Assembly: GCA_031388915.1 (NCBI GenBank)
Contig: JANMSB010000213.1
Coordinates: 1-33,609, forward strand
Reading direction: 5' to 3'
DNA length: 33,609 nt
Origin: Pseudomonadota bacterium
GTDB taxonomy: Bacteria > Pseudomonadota > Gammaproteobacteria > Steroidobacterales > Steroidobacteraceae
Part shown: positions 23,843 through 33,609 of the stretch, one piece after another
Numbering within the stretch: the stretch's first letter is position 1
Layout of the letters: each line of letters opens with the position of its first letter
Translations under genes and position numbers: made by a program
Notes under the pieces: generated by a model
Database searches by the model: none
What the model was told of the DNA's origin: nothing
The model's input: only the letters and a program-made list of their open reading frames with translations

Positions 23843-24118
23843 ATGACCGAACTTGCCCACTGCGGCGAGGGTACGCTGATCGTACTGTGGGTGAGCACGG
23901 CAATCATCGCTGCGGTATTCGGATTGATGGTTTATTCCATCATCCGCTTTAGCAAGTCACCCCCGCCCAGCTCGGTGCAGTTCGTACATCGCACCGCGGC
24001 CGAAGTCGTATGGGCAATTATTCCGATTCTGATATTGGTCATCACCGCCGCACCGGCGGTAAAAACGCTGGTCGGAGCGAATAACGGGTGCGTCGCCAAG
24101 TCCGCGGACTTTCGCTGA
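23843..24118 (+). CDS. orphan cytochrome oxidase subunit II transmembrane-domain-only protein
   Basis: 91 aa. TLIVLWVSTAIIAAVFGLMVYSIIRF ... FVHRTAAEVVWAIIPILILVITAAPAVKTL reproduces the TM1-loop-TM2 signature of subunit II (..E.VWT.IP..IL..IA.P..KTL). There is no cupredoxin domain. Confidence 0.55.
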   Translation: MTELAHCGEGTLIVLWVSTAIIAAVFGLMVYSIIRFSKSPPPSSVQFVHRTAAEVVWAIIPILILVITAAPAVKTLVGANNGCVAKSADFR

Positions 24119-24133
24119 GGCTATAACCAAGAA

Positions 24134-24210
24134 TGGTGCGACCGGAGAGATTCGAACTCCCGACCTCCTGGTTCGTAGCCAGGCGCTCTATCCAACTGAG
24201 CTACGGTCGC
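24134..24210 (-). tRNA. argV: tRNA-Arg (anticodon ACG)
   Basis: The reverse complement is GCGACCGTAGCTCAGTTGGATAGAGCGCCTGGCTACGAACCAGGAGGTCGGGAGTTCGAATCTCTCCGGTCGCACCA. It folds as a cloverleaf with anticodon loop CT-ACG-AA, an encoded CCA end, and close similarity to E. coli tRNA-Arg(ACG). Confidence 0.95.
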
Positions 24211-24224
24211 ATTGCTAAATTAAT

Positions 24225-24315
24225 TGGCGGAGAGAGAGGGATTCGAACCCTCGATGGGCTTTTGACCCATACGCCCTTAGCAGGGGCGCGCCTTCGACCA
24301 CTCGGCCATCTCTCC
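24225..24315 (-). tRNA. serV: tRNA-Ser (anticodon GCU), long variable arm
   Basis: The reverse complement is GGAGAGATGGCCGAGTGGTCGAAGGCGCGCCCCTGCTAAGGGCGTATGGGTCAAAAGCCCATCGAGGGTTCGAATCCCTCTCTCTCCGCCA. It has anticodon loop CT-GCT-AA, a class II variable arm, and close similarity to E. coli serV. Confidence 0.95.
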
Positions 24316-24570
24316 GGCGCACGATCCACCTACCACTGTTCGCTCACATCTTGAGTTAATTGCCCAGCTAGCGCCGCACAATCAATCGATATGAGGATCA
24401 GCAACTCACGCCGTGACTTTCCGCTAGTGCCTGCAACAACAGACTGAAAGCCACCACAACCCGCCTACAGCCACAACCCTGTCAGGGGGCTGCCCGCAAG
24501 AGGCCGGCAAGAATACTTGCCGACACGGCATCCGTAAAGGCCTGAATCAATGAAATTTTAGCTCGAATCC

Positions 24571-24610
24571 GGAAAATCGCCGCATTCACCACGAGCGGAT
24601 AAATGCGGCG
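24571..24610 (-). terminator. probable csrA terminator
   Basis: The minus strand reads CGCCGCATT-(15 nt)-AATGCGGCG followed by ATTTTCC, about 25 nt downstream of the csrA stop. The large loop makes it non-canonical. Confidence 0.4.
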
Positions 24611-24635
24611 GGCGGTCGACCTAACAAGCGAGCTA

Positions 24636-24851
24636 TTAAGAACCCGTTTCCGAGGAAGCGGCGCGACGGGGAGGAGCGCCAGATTGTTCTTCTCGTTTGA
24701 TGCGCTCGTAAATTTCTTCCCGATGCACCGAAGTTTCTTTGGGGGCATTCACACCAACCCGCACCTGGTTGCCCTTTACACCAAGCACAGTCACGGCGAC
24801 GTCATCGCCGATCATGATCGTTTCACCAACACGTCTAGTTAAAATTAACAT
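24636..24851 (-). CDS. csrA: carbon storage regulator CsrA
   Basis: The ATG at 24851 follows AAGGAG. The product starts [54 protein letters not shown], near-identical to E. coli CsrA over the first ~54 aa. It is 71 aa in total, with a Pro/Ser/Ala-rich tail. Confidence 0.95.
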   Translation of the reverse strand: MLILTRRVGETIMIGDDVAVTVLGVKGNQVRVGVNAPKETSVHREEIYERIKREEQSGAPPRRAASSETGS

Positions 24852-25089
24852 CTCTGCTCCTTGCCAAAAGGTGGGCGTGATTGTAGATGTCACTCGCTCC
24901 TTACGCTACGTATTTGCTCGTCGCATAAGCGCCACGCGACGCCAGATTAAGAAATACCCACTAACGAGTAGATCGGCAAATCCCTGATTCATCTTTCAGT
25001 CAGGTGGCTCTCATCACATAAAGTGTCGCAAGATGAACAAAAGGAACTCACCTTCAAGCTAGACACGCAAACAGGCGCACGGTTCAAAC

Positions 25090-27738
25090 TCAAACCAGTC
25101 GCGCTTGCAGCCACTCGTTCACAGAGCGCAAGGCCTCCGGTAGTTTTGCTGCATCGGTACCACCCGCCTGCGCCATGTCGGGCCTGCCGCCACCGCGCCC
25201 ACCCAACTGTTGCGCCACAAAGTTAGCGAGATCGCCAGCCTTGATGCGCGCGATCTGATCCTGAGTAACGCCGGCGATTAAGGCCACCTTACCGTCCGCA
25301 GCCACCGAAGCCAGCACAATCACCGCTGATTTGAGTTTGCTCTTTAGTTGATCAACTGCCTCGCGCAGCGCCGGTACATCCGCGCCCGGTACTTCGCTGG
25401 CAACGAGCTTGATTCCCGCAACATCCACGGCCGTCGCAGACAAATCCGCACCCTGCCCGCTTGCCATTTTGGATTTAAGTTGCGCCAGTTCTTTTTCCAA
25501 CTTGCGGCTACGTTCGACCAGTTGCCGCACTTTGTCTTCAACATCGTCGCGGCCAGCTTTAACCATGGCTGAGACGCCGCGTAGCAATTCATCTGAGGCT
25601 TTGACCCAGTCCAACGCCCCCTGTCCAGTCACCGCTTCAATACGCCGAACACCCGCCGCAACTCCCGATTCGCTAACGATTTTGAACAAACCGATATCGC
25701 CGGAACGGCCGACGTGAGTGCCACCACATAGCTCCATGGAAAACTCGCCGATGCGTAGCACCCGTACTTCGTCGTCGTATTTTTCGCCGAATAACGCCAT
25801 TGCACCCGCTGCGACGGCGGCTTCTTGATTCATCAACTGGGTTTCGGCGGCAGCATTGGCACGCACATGCACGTTCACCAATTGCTCAATTTTCTGCAAT
25901 TCTTCGGCAGCCACGGCCGAGTAATGCGAAAAGTCGAAACGCAGGCGATCCGCCGTTACCAATGAGCCTTTCTGCGTGACATGCGTACCTAACACTGAGC
26001 GTAGCGCCGCGTGCAACAAGTGCGTAGCAGAATGATTCAGACGAATGGCATTGCGACGGAGATGATCCACCTGCGCGGACAAGGTATCGCCCAATTTGAT
26101 TTCGCCGCCGAGCACTTTGCCGATATGTACGTGGGACGCACCCAGCTTTTGCGCATCAATCACTTCAAACCGTGCTGTGCCACTGCTCAGCAAACCGGCA
26201 TCACCAACTTGACCGCCGCTCTCGGCATAAAACGGCGTGCGATCCAACACCACTTGACCCACTTCACCCGCACGCAGGCAATCCACTTGTTGCGCATCGC
26301 GAATCAAGGCGACAACTTTGCCTTGATCCTGCTCTAGGTCGTAACCACTGAATTGAGTCTTACCGTCCAACTTGATGACAGCACGCAAGTCGACGCCGAA
26401 TTTACTGGCAGCACGTGCACGCTCGCGCTGGGCTTCCATCGCTGTTTCAAAACCGGGTTCATCGATACTTAACCCACGTTCGCGCGCGATATCGTTGGTG
26501 AGATCTACCGGGAAGCCGTACGTGTCATAGAGCTTGAACACGGCATCGCCAGGAATCACCTTGCCCGCCAACGATGTAATGGTGTTTTCCAACAGGCCCA
26601 TACCTTGACTTAAGGTTTCGGCGAAGCGTTCTTCTTCTTGGCGAAGCACACGCTCCACATGAGCACGTTGTTGCGTGAGCTCCGGATACGCCACACTCAT
26701 TTCTTTTTCGAGCGCGGCCACCAGTGTGTGGAAAAATGGCTGATTACAGCCCAATTTATAACCATGCCGAATGGCGCGACGAATGATTCGGCGCAACACA
26801 TAACCACGGCCTTCATTCGATGGCAGGACGCCATCGGCAATCAAAAATGAACACGCGCGAATGTGGTCGGAAATGACGCGCAATGACTTCGAATTGAGAT
26901 CGCTGGAACTCGTCGCTTGTGCAGCCGCCTTAATCAACCCCTGGAAGGTGTCGATCTCATAATTGGAATGCACGCCCTGCATGACGGCGGCGACGCGCTC
27001 CAAACCCATGCCGGTATCCACTGATGGTTTCGGCAACGGCGTGAGTTTGCCATCCGCGCCGCGCTCGTACTGCATGAACACCACATTCCATATTTCGATC
27101 CAGCGATCGCCGTCTTCGTCAGGCGATCCGGGCGGCCCACCGGGAATATGGGCGCCGTGGTCATAGAAAATTTCGGTGCAGGGCCCGCAAGGTCCGGTGT
27201 CACCCATCTGCCAGAAGTTATCTGAGCCGCCACCCTTTTTGTCACCGATGCGCACGATACGCTCAGCGGGCACGCCGACCTGTTTCCAGATCTCGAAGGC
27301 TTCATCATCGGTGTGATACACCGTGACCATCAGCCGCTGCGGATCGATACCCAGCCAGTCCTTGCCGGTGACGAATTCCCACGCGAACTTAATAGCGTCT
27401 TGCTTGAAGTAATCACCGAAACTGAAGTTACCCAGCATCTCGAAAAACGTATGGTGGCGCGCGGTATAGCCGACGTTTTCCAGATCGTTGTGCTTGCCGC
27501 CAGCGCGCACGCAACGCTGAGCGCTCGCGGCACGCACATAGGAACGCTTCTCCTTGCCCAGAAAGCAATCTTTGAACTGCACCATGCCGGCATTGGTGAA
27601 TAGCAAGGTCGGATCGTTGCCCGGCACCAAGGAACTGCTGGGCACCACGGTGTGGCCGTGCTGACGGAAGAATTCGAGGTAGAGCGCGCGTAGTTCGGCG
27701 CTCGACAAAAATTTAGGTCGAGATGCGTTGCTGGACAT
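25090..27738 (-). CDS. alaS: alanine--tRNA ligase
   Basis: The track ORF (to 28104) runs through recX. The ATG at 27738 gives 882 aa starting [39 protein letters not shown]. It carries class II motifs ([23 protein letters not shown]), the editing-domain HSATHLLH and CGGTHV, and a C-terminal DHHA1-like [12 protein letters not shown]. Confidence 0.95.
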   Translation of the reverse strand: MSSNASRPKFLSSAELRALYLEFFRQHGHTVVPSSSLVPGNDPTLLFTNAGMVQFKDCFLGKEKRSYVRAASAQRCVRAGGKHNDLENVGYTARHHTFFEMLGNFSFGDYFKQDAIKFAWEFVTGKDWLGIDPQRLMVTVYHTDDEAFEIWKQVGVPAERIVRIGDKKGGGSDNFWQMGDTGPCGPCTEIFYDHGAHIPGGPPGSPDEDGDRWIEIWNVVFMQYERGADGKLTPLPKPSVDTGMGLERVAAVMQGVHSNYEIDTFQGLIKAAAQATSSSDLNSKSLRVISDHIRACSFLIADGVLPSNEGRGYVLRRIIRRAIRHGYKLGCNQPFFHTLVAALEKEMSVAYPELTQQRAHVERVLRQEEERFAETLSQGMGLLENTITSLAGKVIPGDAVFKLYDTYGFPVDLTNDIARERGLSIDEPGFETAMEAQRERARAASKFGVDLRAVIKLDGKTQFSGYDLEQDQGKVVALIRDAQQVDCLRAGEVGQVVLDRTPFYAESGGQVGDAGLLSSGTARFEVIDAQKLGASHVHIGKVLGGEIKLGDTLSAQVDHLRRNAIRLNHSATHLLHAALRSVLGTHVTQKGSLVTADRLRFDFSHYSAVAAEELQKIEQLVNVHVRANAAAETQLMNQEAAVAAGAMALFGEKYDDEVRVLRIGEFSMELCGGTHVGRSGDIGLFKIVSESGVAAGVRRIEAVTGQGALDWVKASDELLRGVSAMVKAGRDDVEDKVRQLVERSRKLEKELAQLKSKMASGQGADLSATAVDVAGIKLVASEVPGADVPALREAVDQLKSKLKSAVIVLASVAADGKVALIAGVTQDQIARIKAGDLANFVAQQLGGRGGGRPDMAQAGGTDAAKLPEALRSVNEWLQARLV

Positions 27739-27748
27739 GATTTGACGA

Positions 27749-28330
27749 TTAATTTTCCGAATCGAGGTCTGGCGGCAACTCTGGGTTTGCGTCGTCGCCT
27801 GCCTCAAGCAGGTCGTCTTCACAGTTACCGCCCAACGCGGCACGGATTTGCGCCGCCGTAAAGCCGCGATATTGCAGGAAGCGCACCTGCTTTGCACGTT
27901 CGCCCAGGTTGCTGGCGGGTTGTTTGCCGAATTTGCGCAGACGAACCGATCGGGCCAACTCAGCCCAATCGACTTGGGTTGCTGCCAGATGCCGGTCGAT
28001 GTGTTCCAGGGGGATTTGCAAGTGACGCAGCTCGGCCCGTAGCCGTACCGGGCCTTGGCCCCGCGCCGCGCGCGAGCGGATGAACATTTCCGCAAAGCGC
28101 TCATCGGACAACAGTCGCTGCCGGGTCAGGTCGTCGACGACTTCTAGCGTCAGTTCGCTGCCATAGCCTCGGTCACGAAGCTTGCGTTTGATTTCAGCCT
28201 GGGCGTGCTCGCGGCGCGCGAGTAGGCCAATGGCCGTGTTGCGAGCAGCACTGCGCGCCTTGGCAGGGTCCGGCGGATCGGTGTCTTCCGTTCCGCCGGC
28301 AGGTCGACCGCGCCGCCCGCGTCTGAACAT
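27749..28330 (-). CDS. recX: recombination regulator RecX
   Basis: 193 aa, immediately downstream of recA with an 18-bp gap. It shows RecX-type helical repeats ([56 protein letters not shown]). Confidence 0.85.
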   Translation of the reverse strand: MFRRGRRGRPAGGTEDTDPPDPAKARSAARNTAIGLLARREHAQAEIKRKLRDRGYGSELTLEVVDDLTRQRLLSDERFAEMFIRSRAARGQGPVRLRAELRHLQIPLEHIDRHLAATQVDWAELARSVRLRKFGKQPASNLGERAKQVRFLQYRGFTAAQIRAALGGNCEDDLLEAGDDANPELPPDLDSEN

Positions 28331-28348
28331 GGGTTAGTCAGACTGAGG

Positions 28349-29380
28349 TTAGGCTTCCACTGCCTCAGGCTTGGCCACTTCACCGCGCTTGGCAGGAATC
28401 AGCTTTTCGCGCAGCTTGGCTTCAATGTCCTTGGCCACCTCTGGGTGGGTTTGCAAATACAGCTTGGCGTTTTCCTTGCCCTGGCCGATGCGCTCGCCGT
28501 TGTAGGCGTACCAGGAACCGGATTTTTCGATGAAGTTATGAGCCACGCCCATATCGACGATTTCACCATTTCGCGAAATACCGGCGCCGTACATGATTTC
28601 GAATTCGGCCTCGCGAAACGGCGGCGCCACCTTGTTCTTCACCACTTTGACGCGGGTCTGGTTACCGACCACCTCTTCGCCATTCTTAATCGCGCCGATG
28701 CGGCGGATATCTAGACGTACCGAGGCATAGAACTTCAGCGCATTACCGCCGGTGGTGGTTTCCGGATTGCCGAACATCACGCCGATCTTCATGCGAATCT
28801 GGTTAATGAAAATGACGATGGTGTTGGAACGTTTGATATTGCCAGTGAGTTTGCGCAGCGCCTGCGACATCAGGCGAGCCTGCAAGCCCATGTGCGAATC
28901 ACCCATTTCGCCTTCGATTTCAGCCTTAGGCGTCAATGCCGCCACCGAATCCACCACCACCACATCGACCGCGCCGGAGCGCACCAACATGTCGGTGATT
29001 TCCAGCGCCTGCTCGCCGGTATCGGGCTGCGACACCAACAAATCGGTGACATTCACGCCCAGTTTTTCGGCATAGCCCGGGTCGAGCGCATGTTCGGCAT
29101 CGACGAACGCTGCGGTGCCGCCCAGACGCTGTGCTTCGGCGATCACTTGCAAGGTCAACGTGGTCTTACCGGACGACTCCGGGCCGTAGATTTCGACGAC
29201 GCGGCCACGCGGCAACCCGCCTATGCCTAAGGCAATATCCAACCCCAGCGACCCGGTGGAAATGGCGTCTACTTCATAGCTGGCGCTGGCATCGCCCAGG
29301 CGCATCACCGAGCCCTTACCGAATTGCTTTTCGATCTGACCCAGCGCTGCCAGCAGCGCTTTTTTGCGATTTTCTTCCAT
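28349..29380 (-). CDS. recA: recombinase RecA
   Basis: The ATG at 29380 gives [30 protein letters not shown]. Walker A is [10 protein letters not shown], and the rest is canonical RecA. Confidence 0.97.
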   Translation of the reverse strand: MEENRKKALLAALGQIEKQFGKGSVMRLGDASASYEVDAISTGSLGLDIALGIGGLPRGRVVEIYGPESSGKTTLTLQVIAEAQRLGGTAAFVDAEHALDPGYAEKLGVNVTDLLVSQPDTGEQALEITDMLVRSGAVDVVVVDSVAALTPKAEIEGEMGDSHMGLQARLMSQALRKLTGNIKRSNTIVIFINQIRMKIGVMFGNPETTTGGNALKFYASVRLDIRRIGAIKNGEEVVGNQTRVKVVKNKVAPPFREAEFEIMYGAGISRNGEIVDMGVAHNFIEKSGSWYAYNGERIGQGKENAKLYLQTHPEVAKDIEAKLREKLIPAKRGEVAKPEAVEA

Positions 29381-29494
29381 AGTCGTGTGCCTCAATAAAA
29401 GCCTGAAAAGTAGCCCGCGCCATACCTGGAGCGGGCATTAAATTGTGGACTAACTAATGACGGGTCGAGTGCAATCAAAGCCGCGGCCTGACCA

Positions 29495-29510
29495 CTGTAT
29501 TATTATACAG
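29495..29510 (-). promoter_or_regulatory. LexA (SOS) box overlapping a TATAAT -10 element, recA promoter
   Basis: The minus strand reads ACTGTATAATAATACAGT, that is CTGT-N8-ACAG, the E. coli-type gammaproteobacterial LexA consensus. TATAAT lies inside the box, 115 nt upstream of the recA ATG. Confidence 0.8.
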
Positions 29511-29561
29511 TCCTAACGAATGCGCCAGCCCGATTTACGTCACTGCCCGGAGCCTAGGAGC

Positions 29562-30056
29562 CTACAACTCCAGCAAACCACTCAGCGCCATCGCCACACT
29601 GCGGCGCCGTACTTCCTCGCGATCACCACTAATCAACTTGAGCCGCGCATTGCTGTGAATCGCCTGACCATGGCGCCAGGCCCAGGCAAACCACACCGTG
29701 CCCACCGGCTTGCCCGGCAACGCGCCGTTGGGACCGGCAATGCCGCTCACTGCTACGGCAACCTGGCCACCCAATTGTTCTAACGCCCCGCTGGCCATTT
29801 CGCGCGCCGTGGCGTCGCTCACTGCGCCGTGTACGGCAAGTGTTTCCCCGCTGACCTGCAATAGGCGCTGCTTAAGCTCGTTGCTATAAGCCACCACGCC
29901 CCCTAGGTACCAGCCCGAACTACCCGGAATATCCGTCAGCACCTTACCCAGCCAACCACCGGTACAGGACTCGGCCGTGACCAATTGCCGCCGGGAGTTA
30001 CTCAGGTGGTGCCCCACCTGTACAGCAAGCTTGAACAAATCATCGTCGCTAGTCAT
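29562..30056 (-). CDS. pncC: CinA C-terminal-domain protein / nicotinamide-nucleotide amidohydrolase PncC
   Basis: The ATG at 30056 gives 164 aa, with LVTAESCTGGWL, AYSNELKQRLLQV and VAVSGIAGPNG, the typical CinA_C/PncC motifs. It holds the conserved position between mutS and recA. Confidence 0.85.
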   Translation of the reverse strand: MTSDDDLFKLAVQVGHHLSNSRRQLVTAESCTGGWLGKVLTDIPGSSGWYLGGVVAYSNELKQRLLQVSGETLAVHGAVSDATAREMASGALEQLGGQVAVAVSGIAGPNGALPGKPVGTVWFAWAWRHGQAIHSNARLKLISGDREEVRRRSVAMALSGLLEL

Positions 30057-30231
30057 GGATACACAGGGAAAATTGCAACAGGCCGCTAGCCTTGACCTGC
30101 AGCCTGCGCGCGTCAAGTCGTAAACCATGAATTGGTCAGCCGCGACCGTGGATTAATTTGACGACAGGCCCTAGCATCGCGGGCTTTCGTGCCAACACCC
30201 CGCCCACACACCAACACACCAAATCAGCAAC

Positions 30232-32817
30232 GTGGACCACCAGGATTTTTCCGGCCATACCCCGGTCATGCAGCAATACCTGCGCATCAAAGCGCAGCAT
30301 CCGGATGCGCTGCTGTTTTATCGCATGGGCGATTTCTACGAGTTGTTCTTCGACGATGCCAAGCGCGCGGCGCGCCTGCTGGGCATTACGCTGACCGCAC
30401 GCGGACAGTCGGGCGGACAACCCATTCCCATGGCAGGCGTGCCGTTTCATAGCATGGAGCCCTACTTGGCGCGGCTGGTGCGCGCCGGCGAATCGGTGGC
30501 GCTGTGTGAACAAGTCGGTGACCCAGCAAAAGCCAAAGGCCCCGTCGAGCGCAAAGTCGTACGCATTGTTACGCCTGGCACCCTCACCGACGAAGCCTTG
30601 TTGGAAGAACGTCGCTCCAGCTTACTGGCCGCGCTGTATCAATCAAATCAACCTCAACACGAGCAACAATTCGGCTTGGCATGGCTGGAGCTATCCAGTG
30701 GCCGCTTTCAGGTCATGGAGGCTGAGGGCGAAGAAGCGCTACTCAGTGAACTGGAACGCCTGCGCCCGGCGGAATTGCTGGTTAGCGATAGCGCAGGAGA
30801 ATCGTTGCGCTCACTCAATATCCATACTCGCGAGCGACCGATCTGGCATTTCGATGTCGATGCGGCAACACGCACGCTGTGCGAACAATTCGGCACGCGC
30901 GACCTGGCCGGCTTTGGTTGCGAGACGTTATCTCTGGCGATTCGTGCCGCAGGTTGCCTGCTGCACTACGTGCGCGACACGCAAAAAGCGGCGCTGCCAC
31001 ATATTCGCGGGCTGCAAACTGAGACACGCGGCGAGGCGGTATTGCTCGACGCCGCAACCCGCCGCAACCTGGAATTGGACCACAGCCTCGCTGATCGTCC
31101 CGAATGCACACTGACTGGCGTACTGGATCGCACCGCCACCGCCATGGGTGGGCGCGAGTTACGTCGTTGGATTCATCGTCCTTTACGCACACGCACGGTG
31201 CTTGAACAACGTTTGCACGCCATTGCCACGTTAATCAATTCGCGTCGTGATGAACCCATTGCCGAGTTGCTCAAACATGTTGGCGATATCGAACGTGGAC
31301 TGGCGCGCGTCGCATTGAAATCGGCACGGCCACGCGATCTGGCGCAACTGCGCGATGCGCTGGGCCGTTTGCCTGAGTTGCATACCCTGCTCAGCGATCA
31401 GGATTCGCCGCTGCTGCAAAGTCTGCTGCAACAAGCCGGCACGCATCCCGATGCTCATGGCTTGCTCAGCCGCGCAATCATTGAAGCGCCACCGGCGATC
31501 TTGCGTGAAGGCGGCGTGATCGCACCCGGCTTCGATAGCGAACTGGATGAACTACGTCAGATCAGTGAACACAGCGATCAATACTTGCTTGACCTGGAAA
31601 ATCGCGAACGCGAACGCACCGGTATCAGCACGCTGAAGCTCGGCTACAACCGCGTGCAGGGTTACTTCATCGAAATCAGTAACACCCACGCCGCCAAAGT
31701 ACCGGTGGATTACGTGCGGCGTCAAACCGTACGCAATGCCGAGCGTTACATCACACCCGAACTGAAATCGTTTGAGGACAAGGTGCTGGGCGCGCGTGAT
31801 AAATCCTTGGCGCGCGAGAAGCAACTGTATGACGACTTGCTGGAACAACTCATTACCCAGTTGGCGTCACTACAAAACACCGCCGCTGCGCTTGCCGCCA
31901 TTGATGTGCTGTGCAATCTCGCCGAACGCGCCGTGACGCTAAGCTATGCACAGCCTGAACTCAGCGATGATGCCGTGATTGAAATTCACGCGGGTCGTCA
32001 TCCAGTGGTGGAGCGCTTTATCGACGGTATGTTCGTCCCCAACGATCTCAACTTCAATGATGCACGCCGCATGCTCATCATCACCGGCCCAAACATGGGC
32101 GGTAAATCCACCTTCATGCGTCAGACCGCGTTGATTGTGCTAATGGCACGTATCGGCAGCTTCGTGCCGGCAAACTTTGCTCGCATCGGTCCAATCGACC
32201 GCATCTTCACGCGCATTGGTGCATCGGATGATCTAGCCGGCGGTCGCTCCACGTTCATGCTGGAAATGACCGAAGCCGCGAATATTTTGAATAACGCCAC
32301 AGCGCATAGCTTGGTGCTGATGGATGAAATCGGCCGTGGCACCAGCACCTATGATGGCCTGTCACTGGCCTGGGCCTGCGCCACGCACATTGCCAAACAA
32401 GTGCGTGCCTTCACCCTGTTCGCCACGCACTACTTCGAGCTGACTTCGCTAGCCAATGATCTCGACGCCTGTGTCAACGTACATCTGGATGCCACCGAGC
32501 ATGGCGAGCAATTGATTTTCCTGCACACCGTTAAAGAAGGCCCGGCGAATCAAAGTTACGGCCTGCAAGTAGCAGCGCTCGCCGGCGTGCCGCCCAAAGT
32601 CATCACTGCGGCCCGCAAGTATCTACAAGAACTGGAACGTCACTCGGCGCAAGCACATGCGCCGCGCATGCAGCAGGAGCTGCAACTGGAAGTACCACCG
32701 GTCGTCGTGATTGAAGATCACCCAGCACTGATCGAGCTGAAACAGCTCGATCCCGACCAGATGACGCCGCGCGAAGCGTTGGATGCGCTTTATTGGCTAA
32801 AAGGCATCACTCAATAA
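30232..32817 (+). CDS. mutS: DNA mismatch repair protein MutS
   Basis: 861 aa. It carries the N-terminal mismatch-binding motif [34 protein letters not shown], Walker A ([11 protein letters not shown]), and [18 protein letters not shown]. Confidence 0.97.
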   Translation: MDHQDFSGHTPVMQQYLRIKAQHPDALLFYRMGDFYELFFDDAKRAARLLGITLTARGQSGGQPIPMAGVPFHSMEPYLARLVRAGESVALCEQVGDPAKAKGPVERKVVRIVTPGTLTDEALLEERRSSLLAALYQSNQPQHEQQFGLAWLELSSGRFQVMEAEGEEALLSELERLRPAELLVSDSAGESLRSLNIHTRERPIWHFDVDAATRTLCEQFGTRDLAGFGCETLSLAIRAAGCLLHYVRDTQKAALPHIRGLQTETRGEAVLLDAATRRNLELDHSLADRPECTLTGVLDRTATAMGGRELRRWIHRPLRTRTVLEQRLHAIATLINSRRDEPIAELLKHVGDIERGLARVALKSARPRDLAQLRDALGRLPELHTLLSDQDSPLLQSLLQQAGTHPDAHGLLSRAIIEAPPAILREGGVIAPGFDSELDELRQISEHSDQYLLDLENRERERTGISTLKLGYNRVQGYFIEISNTHAAKVPVDYVRRQTVRNAERYITPELKSFEDKVLGARDKSLAREKQLYDDLLEQLITQLASLQNTAAALAAIDVLCNLAERAVTLSYAQPELSDDAVIEIHAGRHPVVERFIDGMFVPNDLNFNDARRMLIITGPNMGGKSTFMRQTALIVLMARIGSFVPANFARIGPIDRIFTRIGASDDLAGGRSTFMLEMTEAANILNNATAHSLVLMDEIGRGTSTYDGLSLAWACATHIAKQVRAFTLFATHYFELTSLANDLDACVNVHLDATEHGEQLIFLHTVKEGPANQSYGLQVAALAGVPPKVITAARKYLQELERHSAQAHAPRMQQELQLEVPPVVVIEDHPALIELKQLDPDQMTPREALDALYWLKGITQ

Positions 32818-33609
32818 CTGATCTTCTCGCCCACCAATGCCGGCGTAGTGGGCGGACTCACGCGCGCATGCGTCGCCTGTTCGAATGCATACGCCAATGC
32901 CAGCAAACGTGGTTCGCTGTAACTCAAGCCCATGAACGACAACGTCACCGGCAATTTCTGCGGCGTCACCCCTGCCGGCACAATCACATCCGGAAAGCCG
33001 GTGATGTTGGCAATGCTGGTCGGCGTCGCCGGCCTGGGTGCGTCATAGTCAAGATCAAGACGCTGCGCCGGCACGGGGTTGGTGGGATACACAAAGGCAT
33101 CAAGCTGGTACTTGTACAGCAGGCCTTCGAGATGACCGGCAATCAACGCCGGGCCATGTGCTTTGGCGGACAGATACACGGGATCATCCAGATCATTGCC
33201 GGCTTGCTCGATCTTGAACTGCGCCCAGCGACTGGGATTAGTCAACTGACCAGGCTTGGGTTTGAAGTTGTCTGCCAGCGTGATCATCTCAGCCAATGTT
33301 TTCGGATAGCCAGGTTTCAGTGTGGAGAGATACTGCCCAACCTGTACCTTGAACTCACCGGGACGCATGACATCGTGAATGGATTGTCGTTGCAGGATGA
33401 ACTCCGGCAGCTTCACTTCCACCAACGTTGCGCCCATGGATTCAAGCTTGGCGCGCGTGGCAGCGAACAGTTGTTTCACGCCTTCATCAACACCGGTGTA
33501 ATCCACTAGTACGCCGAGCCGCGCACCCTGGAGTGCGCTCTTGTCCAGAAATTTGGTGTAGTCACGATGATAACGACCCGCGGATGAAGCCGTTTCGCTG
33601 TCGGCCGCA
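32811..33609 (-). CDS. amidase-signature-family amidase, C-terminal part (5' end beyond the window)
   Basis: The reading frame stays open from 33506 to the window edge in my hand translation (...[40 protein letters not shown]...). The C-terminal [13 protein letters not shown]...[28 protein letters not shown] is typical of amidase C-termini. Its stop overlaps the mutS 3' end by 7 bp. Confidence 0.65.
   Translation of the reverse strand, partial: AADSETASSAGRYHRDYTKFLDKSALQGARLGVLVDYTGVDEGVKQLFAATRAKLESMGATLVEVKLPEFILQRQSIHDVMRPGEFKVQVGQYLSTLKPGYPKTLAEMITLADNFKPKPGQLTNPSRWAQFKIEQAGNDLDDPVYLSAKAHGPALIAGHLEGLLYKYQLDAFVYPTNPVPAQRLDLDYDAPRPATPTSIANITGFPDVIVPAGVTPQKLPVTLSFMGLSYSEPRLLALAYAFEQATHARVSPPTTPALVGEKISY

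Noticed and set aside
24133-24354. 73-aa plus-strand ORF.
   Set aside because: It is simply the antisense strand of the two tRNA genes.
24852-25089. Possible Csr/Rsm-type sRNA or riboswitch between csrA and alaS, and likewise at 24316-24635.
   Set aside because: I could not see clustered GGA-in-loop motifs or a conserved riboswitch core. The regions are more simply explained as the csrA and tRNA promoters and the csrA terminator.
27739-28104. 122-aa N-terminal extension of the alaS ORF (1004 aa in the track).
   Set aside because: It overlaps recX in another frame. AlaRS homology begins at [17 protein letters not shown] (ATG at 27738), giving the expected ~880 aa.
30136-31192. ORFs of 125 aa (-), 202 aa (+) and 125 aa (-) within or beside the mutS 5' half.
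   Set aside because: These are out-of-frame or antisense shadows of mutS and have no motifs.
32793-33509. 238-aa plus-strand ORF.
   Set aside because: It is antisense to the amidase gene. It is Arg/His/Gln-rich with no recognisable domain, while the minus frame has amidase C-terminal motifs and stays open to the window edge.

Overview
This 33.6 kb window looks like chromosomal DNA from a moderate-GC Gammaproteobacterium. That guess rests on the csrA / tRNA-Ser(GCU) / tRNA-Arg(ACG) synteny, the recA-recX-alaS and cinA/mutS arrangement, and an E. coli-type CTGT-N8-ACAG SOS box. I cannot name the genus.

The window falls into three blocks:
- Right third (24.1-33.6 kb): ordinary housekeeping genes. 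These are tRNA-Arg, tRNA-Ser, csrA, alaS, recX, recA, pncC/cinA, mutS and a partial amidase.
- Middle (12.2-24.1 kb): the conserved prkA-yeaH-spoVR stress operon, then an ~0.8 kb stretch with no convincing gene. After that come a HIG1-like twin-TM miniprotein and an A-type (caa3-like) cytochrome c oxidase operon. That operon has a dihaem-c-fused subunit II, subunit I, two subunit III paralogues, subunit IV and an orphan subunit-II transmembrane-only ORF.
- Left third (0-12.2 kb): accessory-looking genes. These are a HAF-repeat secreted protein, a Hanks-type kinase homologue that has lost all three catalytic signatures (predicted pseudokinase), and a membrane-anchored class II c-type cytochrome. 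A 962-aa DUF748/AsmA-like protein, a TolB-like lipoprotein and a TauD/TfdA dioxygenase follow.

The best candidate for an undescribed system is at 8.3-12.2 kb. An ECF sigma / anti-sigma pair sits divergent from an S8 subtilase, which is followed by a signal-peptide-bearing Ala/Ser/Thr/Gly low-complexity protein. All three transcription units are preceded by the same promoter-like motif, GGA(A/T)(T/G)-N17-CGTAT. This suggests a self-contained autoregulated envelope module.

I saw no CRISPR array, transposase, integrase or rRNA. All functional calls come from motif recognition by eye; no database search was run.
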